Assembly: GCA_964584035.1 (NCBI GenBank)
Contig: CAZOYL010000005.1
Coordinates: forward strand, 1 to 35,569
From: an uncultured Gemmatimonadota bacterium
Lineage (GTDB): Bacteria > SM23-81
Length of the DNA: 35,569 bases
Direction of reading: 5' to 3'
In this document: positions 19,148 to 27,665 of the stretch, one piece after another
Position numbering within the stretch: position 1 is the first letter of the stretch
How the letters are laid out: the number at the start of each line of letters is the position of its first letter
Notes under the pieces: model-generated
What the model was told of the DNA's origin: nothing
The model's database searches: none
What the model saw: the letters and a program-made list of their open reading frames with translations, nothing else
Made by a program: the position numbers and the translations under genes

Positions 19148-20673
19148 GGCAGCGCCTTTTGCAGTCGATCGATATGTTCGGCTGCGATGCCGGCATAAGG
19201 ATTCCTGGGGGCCAATCTGACTACCATCTGATAGGCTCCCATGGCTTGATCGATCTTGCCCAAATGCAACTCGTAGATCTCCCCGAGACTCATCAGGGCG
19301 GGCAGGACCTGCTGGCTCTGAGGGAAATCCTGCACTAACTGCTCCAACGCCGCGGCCGCCTGTTCCCAGGATTGCATCAGAATATGAGCCTGGGCGATGT
19401 GCCATTGACCCTGCAGCGCCTGCGGAGTGCCGGGACGTTTCGTGACGATATCGCTATAGGTTCGTAAGGCCTGCTGATAGGCCGTTTGCGCGAGTTCCTG
19501 TTCTCCGTATTGGCGGTAATGTTCGAAGATGTGGTTGGGCACGGCAAAGGACTCTCGAGAGCCGGGATAATTATCCAGAACCCACCGGAACTCGTTGAGA
19601 GCCTTCTCCCAGTCTCCTTCAAACTCGTAACTGAGAGCCAGCCCAAACTGAGCGGTGGCGCAGGCCGCCTGGTCATCGGGATAGTTTTCGATGACCCGGC
19701 CGAAAGCATCGTGAGCCTCCTGCAATTCACCTTTCTGAAAATGTATCTGCCCCATAGCCAGAATAGCCCGTCCGAGTTTACCAGAGTCGGGGTATCGTTG
19801 GAGCATGTCCGTATAGATGCCCATGGCCCGATGAAAATCGCCGAGTCTCTCAGAGTACAGGGTGGCCATCAGAAAAAGAGCATCCGGTGGATCGTCACTT
19901 TTATCCGACATGGCAGCAAGACGTTCCAAAGCGGACACCGCTGATGACCAGTGCTCTTGAATGATATAGGCGTTGACGATCTTGTTTTGCGCCATTCGGG
20001 CGGTGGGCGTTTGAGGCCATTGCTCGGTCACCCGGGAAAGAAAGTCGTGAGCTTTCTGAAAATATTGCCCGGCCATGGCCGAATCACCGCGAGACAGGTA
20101 GGTGGAGGCTATATACCCGGGGATATTTAAAATCATCTCATCCGGCTGCTGGGGTGTTTCCCGAAAGGGAGGATACTCCTCTAGCAGCGTCTCGAAAGCC
20201 GTCACTGCTTCTGACCAGCGGTCCGCACCCTGATAGACCAGGGCCAGGGAATATTGAGCCCGCGAACTGAGCGACCGCTGATCACGATACTCTGAGATGA
20301 CCATCCGATAGGCGGCAATAGCTGAATCGACCTGCCCCTCCCGGGTGAACAGATCCGCCAGGTTCAACTGGCTCATTCCCGTTATCCTGAAAAGCTCCTG
20401 CCGCACGGTATCATTATAGTAATCTATCTGACGTAAGGTTGAAGGGGGATATTCCTCAATGATGCGGCGGAATGATTCTCTGATCCTGTCAAACCGCTCC
20501 GAGCTGAGCTCCCCTTGATCGATCTGAAGGGTCTGATAAAGCTTGCTGGCTCGATAGTACATCTGCTCGGCCCGATACCGATCTCCAATGCCTTCGTCTC
20601 GGGCGCAGGATACCAAAAGGACCAGTCCCATCAGCAGCCATAGAAAGCGCCGACCCGTCACCATCCGGTGCAT
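19144..20673 (-). CDS. TPR-repeat lipoprotein (possible PrsT counterpart)
   Basis: Lipobox LLVSC, repeated A..AF..V...YP TPR units; SD GAGGTGA before the ATG at 20673. Confidence 0.8.
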   Translation of the reverse strand: MHRMVTGRRFLWLLMGLVLLVSCARDEGIGDRYRAEQMYYRASKLYQTLQIDQGELSSERFDRIRESFRRIIEEYPPSTLRQIDYYNDTVRQELFRITGMSQLNLADLFTREGQVDSAIAAYRMVISEYRDQRSLSSRAQYSLALVYQGADRWSEAVTAFETLLEEYPPFRETPQQPDEMILNIPGYIASTYLSRGDSAMAGQYFQKAHDFLSRVTEQWPQTPTARMAQNKIVNAYIIQEHWSSAVSALERLAAMSDKSDDPPDALFLMATLYSERLGDFHRAMGIYTDMLQRYPDSGKLGRAILAMGQIHFQKGELQEAHDAFGRVIENYPDDQAACATAQFGLALSYEFEGDWEKALNEFRWVLDNYPGSRESFAVPNHIFEHYRQYGEQELAQTAYQQALRTYSDIVTKRPGTPQALQGQWHIAQAHILMQSWEQAAAALEQLVQDFPQSQQVLPALMSLGEIYELHLGKIDQAMGAYQMVVRLAPRNPYAGIAAEHIDRLQKALP

Positions 20674-20737
20674 GGTCACCTCACTGCTCCCGCTGGATGT
20701 AGGTACCACGTCCGATCTCTCTGCCTGGCAGCATAGA

Positions 20738-21577
20738 TCATGAAGGCCTCGTTCGCAGATAGAAAGCCGTCAGAGCGCCGACGATGAGAAAATTCACCAC
20801 CACGGTGATGATGATGTTGATGAACAGCAACACCACGATCATGGTCGGGCTGGTTCGGGCAACAATGATGGGCGCATCCTGCAGGATCATATTCATCGCC
20901 AGTGTCAGCAGAGAGGGAATGGCGAATAGAATATAGGTCAATCCGAAATTCCTTCGAGCCAGATCGAAACTGCCGCGGAGGGCGCCAAGGATGCCCCTCT
21001 TTCCCAGAACGATATGAGCCGATGTATAGGCAAAGGGCGTGATGAAAACGATGGTCATAAAGAAACCCACCAGCATGAACAAACGGGGCGATTGCGTCCC
21101 CCAATGCCAGACGGATGTGGACAGCAGCCCAAACAGCCGCATCACGATTCTGATGACCGCCCATTCCACCAATCCAACCATAAAGAGGGGAACGATGTAC
21201 CGAAAGGCGCCGGCCAGGCCTCTACCGGTGCTCAAAGGTTTTTCTCGATACCATCCGGCGAACATCAGCGTGGCCGTTCCGATGAACAGCCACCCGATGA
21301 TCAGATTCAGCATCCAGCCATTGATCTTCGAGAAGAGACCGGGCAGAAAGAAATAAAACTGGGGGTAATGCAGGGCCGATTCCTGGGAGAGTCGGCGGAT
21401 CAGGGGGATCAGAAAACTCGAGATGGGCGAGACGTAGAAAAAAAGAAGAAATAAGACCAGACCGCCTTGCAGAAAAGCAAAAAGAAGAAAGGGAAAAAAA
21501 AGTGAGATCCTTTTCACAGATCTCAAACTTTGAATCCAGGTCCACAGGAGCGCGTTCACCCTCGCGACCAGATCCAT
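20738..21577 (-). CDS. Multi-pass membrane protein of unknown function
   Basis: About 6 hydrophobic segments, G...AL..SF.L motif, SD GGAGG. Confidence 0.75.
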   Translation of the reverse strand: MDLVARVNALLWTWIQSLRSVKRISLFFPFLLFAFLQGGLVLFLLFFYVSPISSFLIPLIRRLSQESALHYPQFYFFLPGLFSKINGWMLNLIIGWLFIGTATLMFAGWYREKPLSTGRGLAGAFRYIVPLFMVGLVEWAVIRIVMRLFGLLSTSVWHWGTQSPRLFMLVGFFMTIVFITPFAYTSAHIVLGKRGILGALRGSFDLARRNFGLTYILFAIPSLLTLAMNMILQDAPIIVARTSPTMIVVLLFINIIITVVVNFLIVGALTAFYLRTRPS

Positions 21578-21605
21578 GCAGTCCTCCCCTCAGTCCAGGA
21601 AGGTG

Positions 21606-22304
21606 CTACTCCCTCGACGCGCCGTCGATTTTTGCAATATATCGGTTTAAAGCTTTTAATGAAGCGAAGATAACGCTCCGCTTGACATCGCTTCCCACGA
21701 TGGCACTGCCCACCAGCTGAATTTCCTCGCGAGGTTTGAGGAGATTCAGAACGACCACGATAATCTCCTCCTTGCCCATGGGAATAACCTTCAATTCCTC
21801 AAGAGAAAGTGAATGATCGGGTGGCAGGAATTTCTCGATAGACCTGGTGGTGGCTATGTTGACCAATCTCATCTGATTCTGAGAGGAGCTCGGCCCGGAG
21901 GCAATCCCGGTGGCAACTACTTCGTCTTTTTCGATCTCAACCTGAGCTTCGGCTGCCACTCCGGTGACGGTCAGATTGACGCTGCGGAATTTCAATCGCA
22001 TCGCGGACTTGGCCTGAGTAGGCCGGCCAGATTTCCGCATCTGAGCCACGCTCACTCGTTTATGGTCAATACGCAGGCCCAACTGAGTCGCCAGCATGGA
22101 CTCGATGTCCCGGACGATCTGTTTGGGAGTTCTCTCAGCATCGCCGAGAACGTGTATTTCCTCGACCTCTCCCTCATTGGTGAGCGAGACATAGGCCGAG
22201 AGAACGCCCCTGACCTGATGGATCAGCTCCTCGATGCGTTCTCGATCGCTTTGAGTTCTGGCCTCTTGCACGGTTCTGTCCTTTCCATCTCCGTATTCGT
22301 TCAT
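21606..22304 (-). CDS. Conserved hypothetical cytoplasmic protein (C-terminal half resembles the LeuA regulatory fold)
   Basis: EIHVL...RTPKQIVRDIES....G.RIDHKRVSVAQ motif; ends LVGSA......ASLKALNR; ATGA overlap with the upstream gene. Confidence 0.75.
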   Translation of the reverse strand: MNEYGDGKDRTVQEARTQSDRERIEELIHQVRGVLSAYVSLTNEGEVEEIHVLGDAERTPKQIVRDIESMLATQLGLRIDHKRVSVAQMRKSGRPTQAKSAMRLKFRSVNLTVTGVAAEAQVEIEKDEVVATGIASGPSSSQNQMRLVNIATTRSIEKFLPPDHSLSLEELKVIPMGKEEIIVVVLNLLKPREEIQLVGSAIVGSDVKRSVIFASLKALNRYIAKIDGASRE

Positions 22305-24014
22305 GGTCCAGTTGGTGTGGTCGCAGTCACCTCATTACTACCGCTACAGAGAGCGCCTTCGTCACAGACATAGACTCGATAATAATACCGGGCCGATAGC
22401 TGCAGCCGGGTATCGGAAAAAACAGTCGTTTGATCATCGCTGATCAGATCGACGGGCGTGGATGAATCGTCCACCGGAGATTGCTCATCCCGATAGACAA
22501 GATAGTGACTGAAGTCGGCTTCCTGGGATCGTGTCCATTTCAATTCGATCTGGGCTGTGGTAGAATCCTCCGGTGTCAGCTCCACCGACGTGATCAGCAG
22601 TGTGACCGGCTCGGGCGGCTCGTTTTCACCGGTGGTGGCGGAAACTTCGTTGCTGTAAGAATGAAGTCCGTATTGATCATAGACGGCGATCTGGTAATAA
22701 TAGGTGGTGTTCTCCTCGAGGTCGGTATCGTCATATACGGTGGTCATCCGGCTGGAGATATCGGCCGCCAAGCGTCTGTCCGAAGCATTCTCGACACCGG
22801 CCTCTCGTGCACGATACAGCCGATAGGCCGCGAAATCACCATCCTGATTCTGAGACCAGGCCAGGTGTAGAGCCGCTGTCTGATCCTGGAGCACCCCGGG
22901 AGAAAACAGCTGGACGGCCTGTGGAGCCTGCTGGATGGTCAGGGTGTTGATCGAGGTGAACTCCTCGGCCGGGTTGCCGGCGCAGTCGGTAAAACGCCCC
23001 CGGACCACCGCATCGATGACGTCCATTCCGCCGGGAATGACATAATCAAGCTCATAGAGACCGTCGCCGGCCCCGCTATCCCCATGGGTGCCGTCATCGT
23101 AGAGCTTTTTACTCAGGGTGGCTGTACCGATATCCAGGCCAGCCTGGCCCTCCTGTTCACCCGTCTCCATTGAGAAATGGACCCGATCACCCGGAGAAAG
23201 CAGAGAATCGACCGGTGAAAAGGTCAGGCTCACGATGCTGGCTTCCGTGTCCAAAGTGATGTCATCCCGATAGTGACAACAGCTCTCGTTATCGTCGAGA
23301 TCCCGAACCTTTAAAAAAACCTCCTTGATTCCATCCTCTCCGGTGAGCGTCCAGGGCTTCTGTATCACAAACGGTTCCCAGGATGCCCCCGAAAAGAGAG
23401 AATCGTTGGCCAGCAGGATATACCCGGCGCCGCCGGGAGCGGTAAGGGTCAGGTTGACATCTGCGGTATTTGTATACAGGTCCCCTCCGTTGATGGTCAC
23501 GGTAAATCCACTGGGAACCGCATCGATCTCATGGGAAAATGTCCCGATATAACCGCTCAGACTGACGACGCAGACACGGTAGCGATAGACCCGACCGTTT
23601 TTCAAACCGGCGTCCCGATAGACTCTCTGGCCGACCGAATCGATAATGGAAAAATCACCTGAAATCGAATCTTTGCGGGCGACATGATACCATTGGACAT
23701 CGGCCGTGTCAGCGACCTCCCAGGTGAGCACAACGGTCCGATCCCCAACCTGGGCTTGCAGACCGACGGGCACTGGCGGCACATCCACCTGGCCGTTATC
23801 GATGGGATTTTTATAGGCCACCGGATCATGATCCTTGGAGCAGCCGGCCAGGATGGACACTCCCAGAAGCAGGATCAATACCATCAGACCGGCGCCCTTC
23901 AGACTGGCGCCCTTCAAACCGGCGCCCTTCAAACCGGCGTCCTGCATGCCGGCACCGTGTGAATCGTCGCCTATGAGACGCTTCATCATCTCTCCGCTCA
24001 GGCTTCTTAGCATC
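22301..24014 (-). CDS. FN3-repeat surface lipoprotein with a choice-of-anchor-X-like motif
   Basis: Lipobox ILAGC, three FN3-like repeats (L.W...D...Y...YR...D..L.....YYY.....SNEV), LYDDGTHGD..AGDG.Y; start uncertain (24014 or 23990). Confidence 0.8.
23886..23960. repeat. 15-bp tandem repeat (4 clear copies + 1 degenerate) encoding GAGLK
   Basis: agaccggcgcccttc / agactggcgcccttc / aaaccggcgcccttc / aaaccggcgtcctgc / atgccggcaccgtgt. Confidence 0.9.
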
Positions 24015-24062
24015 TTCACCTCAGGTCGCCATTCAGCCTTTCCGAAGACCTGTGATAAGAAA

Positions 24063-24809
24063 TCAAAAGGAACGGGCGATGAGGATCCTGGCGCCGTCCC
24101 CCCCGATGCTTCCGGTGATGGTCGCCGGCGCCCCATGGTATATATCCTGCCCGTATCTCGGGAAAAACAGGACCGACTCCAATACGTTATAGGCCCAGAT
24201 CCCGGCCGTCAGAGCCATCAGGGTGTTTCTCAGTTCCCAGGCGGAATCGGCTTCGCGACGCAGATCGTTCATCTCCACACGCAATCGGTCCAACTGGTCG
24301 ATTCGTTTCTCGGAACGGTAGCGGTCGATGGCGGCGTAATAATCGTCCTTAGCCTCCTCGTAATTCTGATAAGCATAGGCCGTTCCCAGCAGAGAGCCGA
24401 TCTGTAAAAGACCGAAAACAACTCCCTTGGTCTTCCGGTCGGTATAGTATTGACCCCAACCCGGGAAGATGGTCGAACGCACGGCCGCTTTCCATTTCGT
24501 CTTGGGGGACAGCCTCATATACAAGGAATTCTGCCGGTCTCCGACCACCGTGATCCGAGTCGACCAGTCCTCATATCCTCTTTTTAGCGCTTTCACACGG
24601 TAGCTGCCCTCCAGGACAAAGGGCACCTCGCAGGGCGTCATACCGATGAAATCGTAATCACCCTCCAGATATACAAAAGCCCCCGAGGGCTTCGAATACA
24701 AAGAAAACTTGCCGCTCGAGGGTGATCCCGCAGGCTCCTCCTGTGCTGACACCATGGCTTCTGTGGTCAGAAAACCCACCAGAACCAGTAGGCAGAGAAA
24801 ACGTTTCAT
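24063..24809 (-). CDS. Secreted PEGA-domain protein with a DUF5683-like membrane region
   Basis: Signal peptide, SKPSGA.VY......G.TP, GYEDW; KAAVRSTIFPGWGQYY. Confidence 0.8.
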   Translation of the reverse strand: MKRFLCLLVLVGFLTTEAMVSAQEEPAGSPSSGKFSLYSKPSGAFVYLEGDYDFIGMTPCEVPFVLEGSYRVKALKRGYEDWSTRITVVGDRQNSLYMRLSPKTKWKAAVRSTIFPGWGQYYTDRKTKGVVFGLLQIGSLLGTAYAYQNYEEAKDDYYAAIDRYRSEKRIDQLDRLRVEMNDLRREADSAWELRNTLMALTAGIWAYNVLESVLFFPRYGQDIYHGAPATITGSIGGDGARILIARSF

Positions 24810-24887
24810 TGATCGTCATTCCTCCGTTGGTTCGACGGCACTGGCATCTTACCCGTTCTTCCATCCCCTTTGCCTGATAACAGCCTT

Positions 24888-24916
24888 AAGTTATCATCTT
24901 TTTCAGCTGTTGTCAA
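24888..24916 (-). promoter_or_regulatory. sigma70-like promoter for the PEGA...prsK-prsR operon
   Basis: TTGACA-N17-TAACTT with an extended TG. Confidence 0.6.
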
Positions 24917-24984
24917 GGGATTATTTCCGTCGACCAACCGGGGGCACTGGGTTCCCTCCAAGCCCTTTTGGTGCCCCTTACTGC

Positions 24985-26007
24985 TTATTCATAGACCCCC
25001 TTCCCGGTGATCACCACGCCGATCGTCTTGAGGATGATCTTCAAATCCTGTCCCAGCGATCTCTGTTGAATATAGCGGAGATCATGCTGCAGTTTATTGC
25101 AGACATCCTCCATACAGGTGTCATAGCCGCCCATCACCTGGGCCAATCCCGTCAGCCCCGGTTTCACCTGCAGGCGATCCGGATATTGCGTCACGCTATT
25201 GATGAACTGATTGACAAAATAGGGTCGCTCCGGTCGAGGTCCAACCAGACTCATATCTCCCTTGAGTATGTTGAACAACTGCGGCAGCTCGTCGGCCCGC
25301 GTAGCCCGGAGGATCTTGCCGACCTTTGTGATCCGGGGATCCCCCTGCCGGGCCCAGACCGGGCCGCTTTTTTTCTCGGCATCCTCGCGCATGGAGCGAA
25401 ACTTATAGACCACGAACAGCGTCCCATGTTGATTTTCCCGACGGCGGTCTCCGTTTCGGCGATCTCCCCTCAGGTGATAGAGATTTCGGCGACGTTGAGA
25501 TCTGCGACGGTTTTGCCCCACGCGAACCTGGCGATAGATCACGCTGCCGGGCGAATCCAGTTTGATTAAAATAGGAACGATCAGTAACACCGGAGATATC
25601 AGCGCCAGCAGGACGCCGGCCCCCAGGATATCGATCATCCGCCGGACCGTCTCGCTGAGCCGCCCCCTGAGATCCAGGGACAGGCGGCCCTTCAAGACGG
25701 CATCGGGAACGAACAGAAAAACCAGCAGAGAAGAAAGCAGAAAGGAAGGCGAAATGACAGCATTGGCCAAAAAATTCTTCAGCCACGCCGGCAGCCGATC
25801 GTGAGAACGGACCACTCCACCGACTTTTCCAAGGCGATCGGGGGTGTGGTCGGTTCTCTCACGGGGACCCATCAAGGATCGATCCGGCATCAGGGGAAAA
25901 GGCGATGGGTTGAAGATATCAACAGAGCCCGACCTTTTCACCGGACTCCATGGCACCCCGCTGACAGCCGTCTCAGACATATTCCACGATTTCGGCTTCA
26001 AAACCAT
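24985..26007 (-). CDS. Priming polyprenyl glycosylphosphotransferase (Bac_transf)
   Basis: [64 protein letters not shown]. Confidence 0.92.
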   Translation of the reverse strand: MVLKPKSWNMSETAVSGVPWSPVKRSGSVDIFNPSPFPLMPDRSLMGPRERTDHTPDRLGKVGGVVRSHDRLPAWLKNFLANAVISPSFLLSSLLVFLFVPDAVLKGRLSLDLRGRLSETVRRMIDILGAGVLLALISPVLLIVPILIKLDSPGSVIYRQVRVGQNRRRSQRRRNLYHLRGDRRNGDRRRENQHGTLFVVYKFRSMREDAEKKSGPVWARQGDPRITKVGKILRATRADELPQLFNILKGDMSLVGPRPERPYFVNQFINSVTQYPDRLQVKPGLTGLAQVMGGYDTCMEDVCNKLQHDLRYIQQRSLGQDLKIILKTIGVVITGKGVYE

Positions 26008-26092
26008 TCTCCCCTTCCGAATTCCGATATCAGTTCCTTGCTCAACGCGGGTGCTTATCGGGTGTGATCTCCCTCACCAGCCAATAGATATC

Positions 26093-26108
26093 GCAAAGGT
26101 TATGCCAA
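26093..26108 (-). promoter_or_regulatory. sigma54 promoter for the sugar transferase
   Basis: Minus strand TTGGCATAACCTTTGC; AT-rich IHF-like tract at ~26140-26175. Confidence 0.85.
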
Positions 26109-26375
26109 CCCCTCCAGTCGGCCACAGGTGTCTCCGCAGAAAAAATTTAACTCATTAATTAACAATATATTATAGAATACATCCGAACAAAAAAAAAGGA
26201 AGCCTGAGGATCGACAACCTCAAACTTCCCGAAAAACAGAAAAAAAAGAGAAACAGGAGCCACAAAATGTGCAATCTCTTTCACAATAGGTGCTATAATT
26301 TGCTATTCATTGATGCCCTGACCGACACTTCTTGGTCTCTGATCCCCTCAAAGAGGGATCAAATATCAGCATAAT

Positions 26376-27398
26376 CTACCGTAATACGGTGAGTTTCTTG
26401 ACATCGACGAAAGACCCGGTCCACATGTGGAAAAAATAGACACCACTCGCCACCGGCACGCCGGTCCCGTCGAGCCCATCCCAGGTCACCAGATGAAGTC
26501 CCGGGGCCTCGATATTATCCATCAGGGTCCGAACCTTCTGGCCGCGAGTATTAAAAATGGTGATCACCACGCGGCCGGCTTGAGGATTCTGATAGGAAAT
26601 CGTGGTCTCGGCATTGAAGGGATTGGGATAATTCTGAAACAGCCGGTAGTCCTCCGGCCCCGTCACCTGGGCGCAGAGCGAGACGGCCACGGCACCGAAT
26701 CCGGAAGGATCGGGGGCCTGGATGGTATAGCGATAGGTTTCTCCTAAAACGACATCGCGGTCGATACACCAATATCGGAATCGTTCCGTCCCGTTGGCGG
26801 GATCGGAGATCACCTCGACCTCCATGGAGTGCTCCACGGACTCGTTGAGATTCCTTCGTCGGATCTGAAAACTTCCCGGCGACAGATACCCGGTGGTCTC
26901 CCAGACCAGCTTGATGTGACCGAGACATTCCTGAGCCTGAGCAACGGCATACTCGAAGGCCACCGGCGTGTATTCCTGAGGAAGACACCAGATGGGTTCC
27001 GAATCCGGCGAAGGACATCCTTCTTCACCGTAGGCGTTGACGCCGGCCACTCGAAGACGGTAACAAGATCCGCTGTCGCCGGCGACGATGTAATAGGTGT
27101 TGATGGTCTCATCGATCCATTCAAAAGCCTGATCATCGACCGAGAGATAGATATGATATTTCCAGACGGCCGTCTCGGCATTGACGGGCGGCTTCCAGAT
27201 AAAACCGATCCGTTTATCGTCATCCACCCCACCCCAGGCAGCTTGGAAGGTCATCACGGCCAACAGAATCACGACAGCACAGGACTGCCAGAACACCGCA
27301 AGGGTTAGGAATCCCGACCGTTTGGGACAGCTTCGAATCAATGTCGTCATCGTCGGTCTCCCTCTCATGTCGCCATCTCTTAGGGGAAAAGTTATCAA
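26376..27398 (-). CDS. Secreted FN3-like protein with FlgD-Ig/T9SS-type C-terminal domain
   Basis: Signal peptide ending AWG, FN3-like segment (IWKPP...YRLRVAGVNAYG), PV.F...I.L.WET module, LFQNYPNPFNAETTISY...WDG.D..G..VASGVYF...KKLTVLR; true start may be a downstream ATG. Confidence 0.85.
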   Translation of the reverse strand: MITFPLRDGDMRGRPTMTTLIRSCPKRSGFLTLAVFWQSCAVVILLAVMTFQAAWGGVDDDKRIGFIWKPPVNAETAVWKYHIYLSVDDQAFEWIDETINTYYIVAGDSGSCYRLRVAGVNAYGEEGCPSPDSEPIWCLPQEYTPVAFEYAVAQAQECLGHIKLVWETTGYLSPGSFQIRRRNLNESVEHSMEVEVISDPANGTERFRYWCIDRDVVLGETYRYTIQAPDPSGFGAVAVSLCAQVTGPEDYRLFQNYPNPFNAETTISYQNPQAGRVVITIFNTRGQKVRTLMDNIEAPGLHLVTWDGLDGTGVPVASGVYFFHMWTGSFVDVKKLTVLR

Positions 27399-27487
27399 TA
27401 AAAACAGCGTTCCTGCCGATTATATATAGATATACCCAAGCCGTGGGGTCCGGATAGTTTAAGCCATACTACATGATGTTGAACTAC

Positions 27488-27516
27488 AATCTACGCAACC
27501 CGCTTGAAAAATGCAA
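27488..27516 (-). promoter_or_regulatory. Possible sigma70-like promoter for the FN3-CTD gene
   Basis: TTGCAT-N17-TAGATT. Confidence 0.4.
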
Positions 27517-27535
27517 GGTTTTTTTCAGCCAGACA

Positions 27536-27569
27536 ATAAAAAATCCTCGTTTTCCGGCAACGAGGATTT
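27536..27569 (-). terminator. Intrinsic terminator after the large lyase-like gene
   Basis: AAATCCTCGTT-7nt-AACGAGGATTT stem followed by TTTAT on the minus strand. Confidence 0.75.
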
Positions 27570-27665
27570 CTTCTCCCGGCGGTTAAAAAACGCTTACCCC
27601 GGGCAGCGAGGACTTCTTCAGGCCATGCCTGACCAAGAGGGCTGGATCGATCATCTCGGTCAGCT

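Noticed and set aside
19148..19405. N-terminal extension of PrsK in the ORF track
   Set aside because: Overlaps the TPR gene; the ATGA-coupled start at 19147 fits better
26340..26361. Hairpin TGATCCCCTC-AAA-GAGGGATCA after the FN3-CTD gene
   Set aside because: Imperfect stem with no U-tract on the minus strand; not called as a terminator
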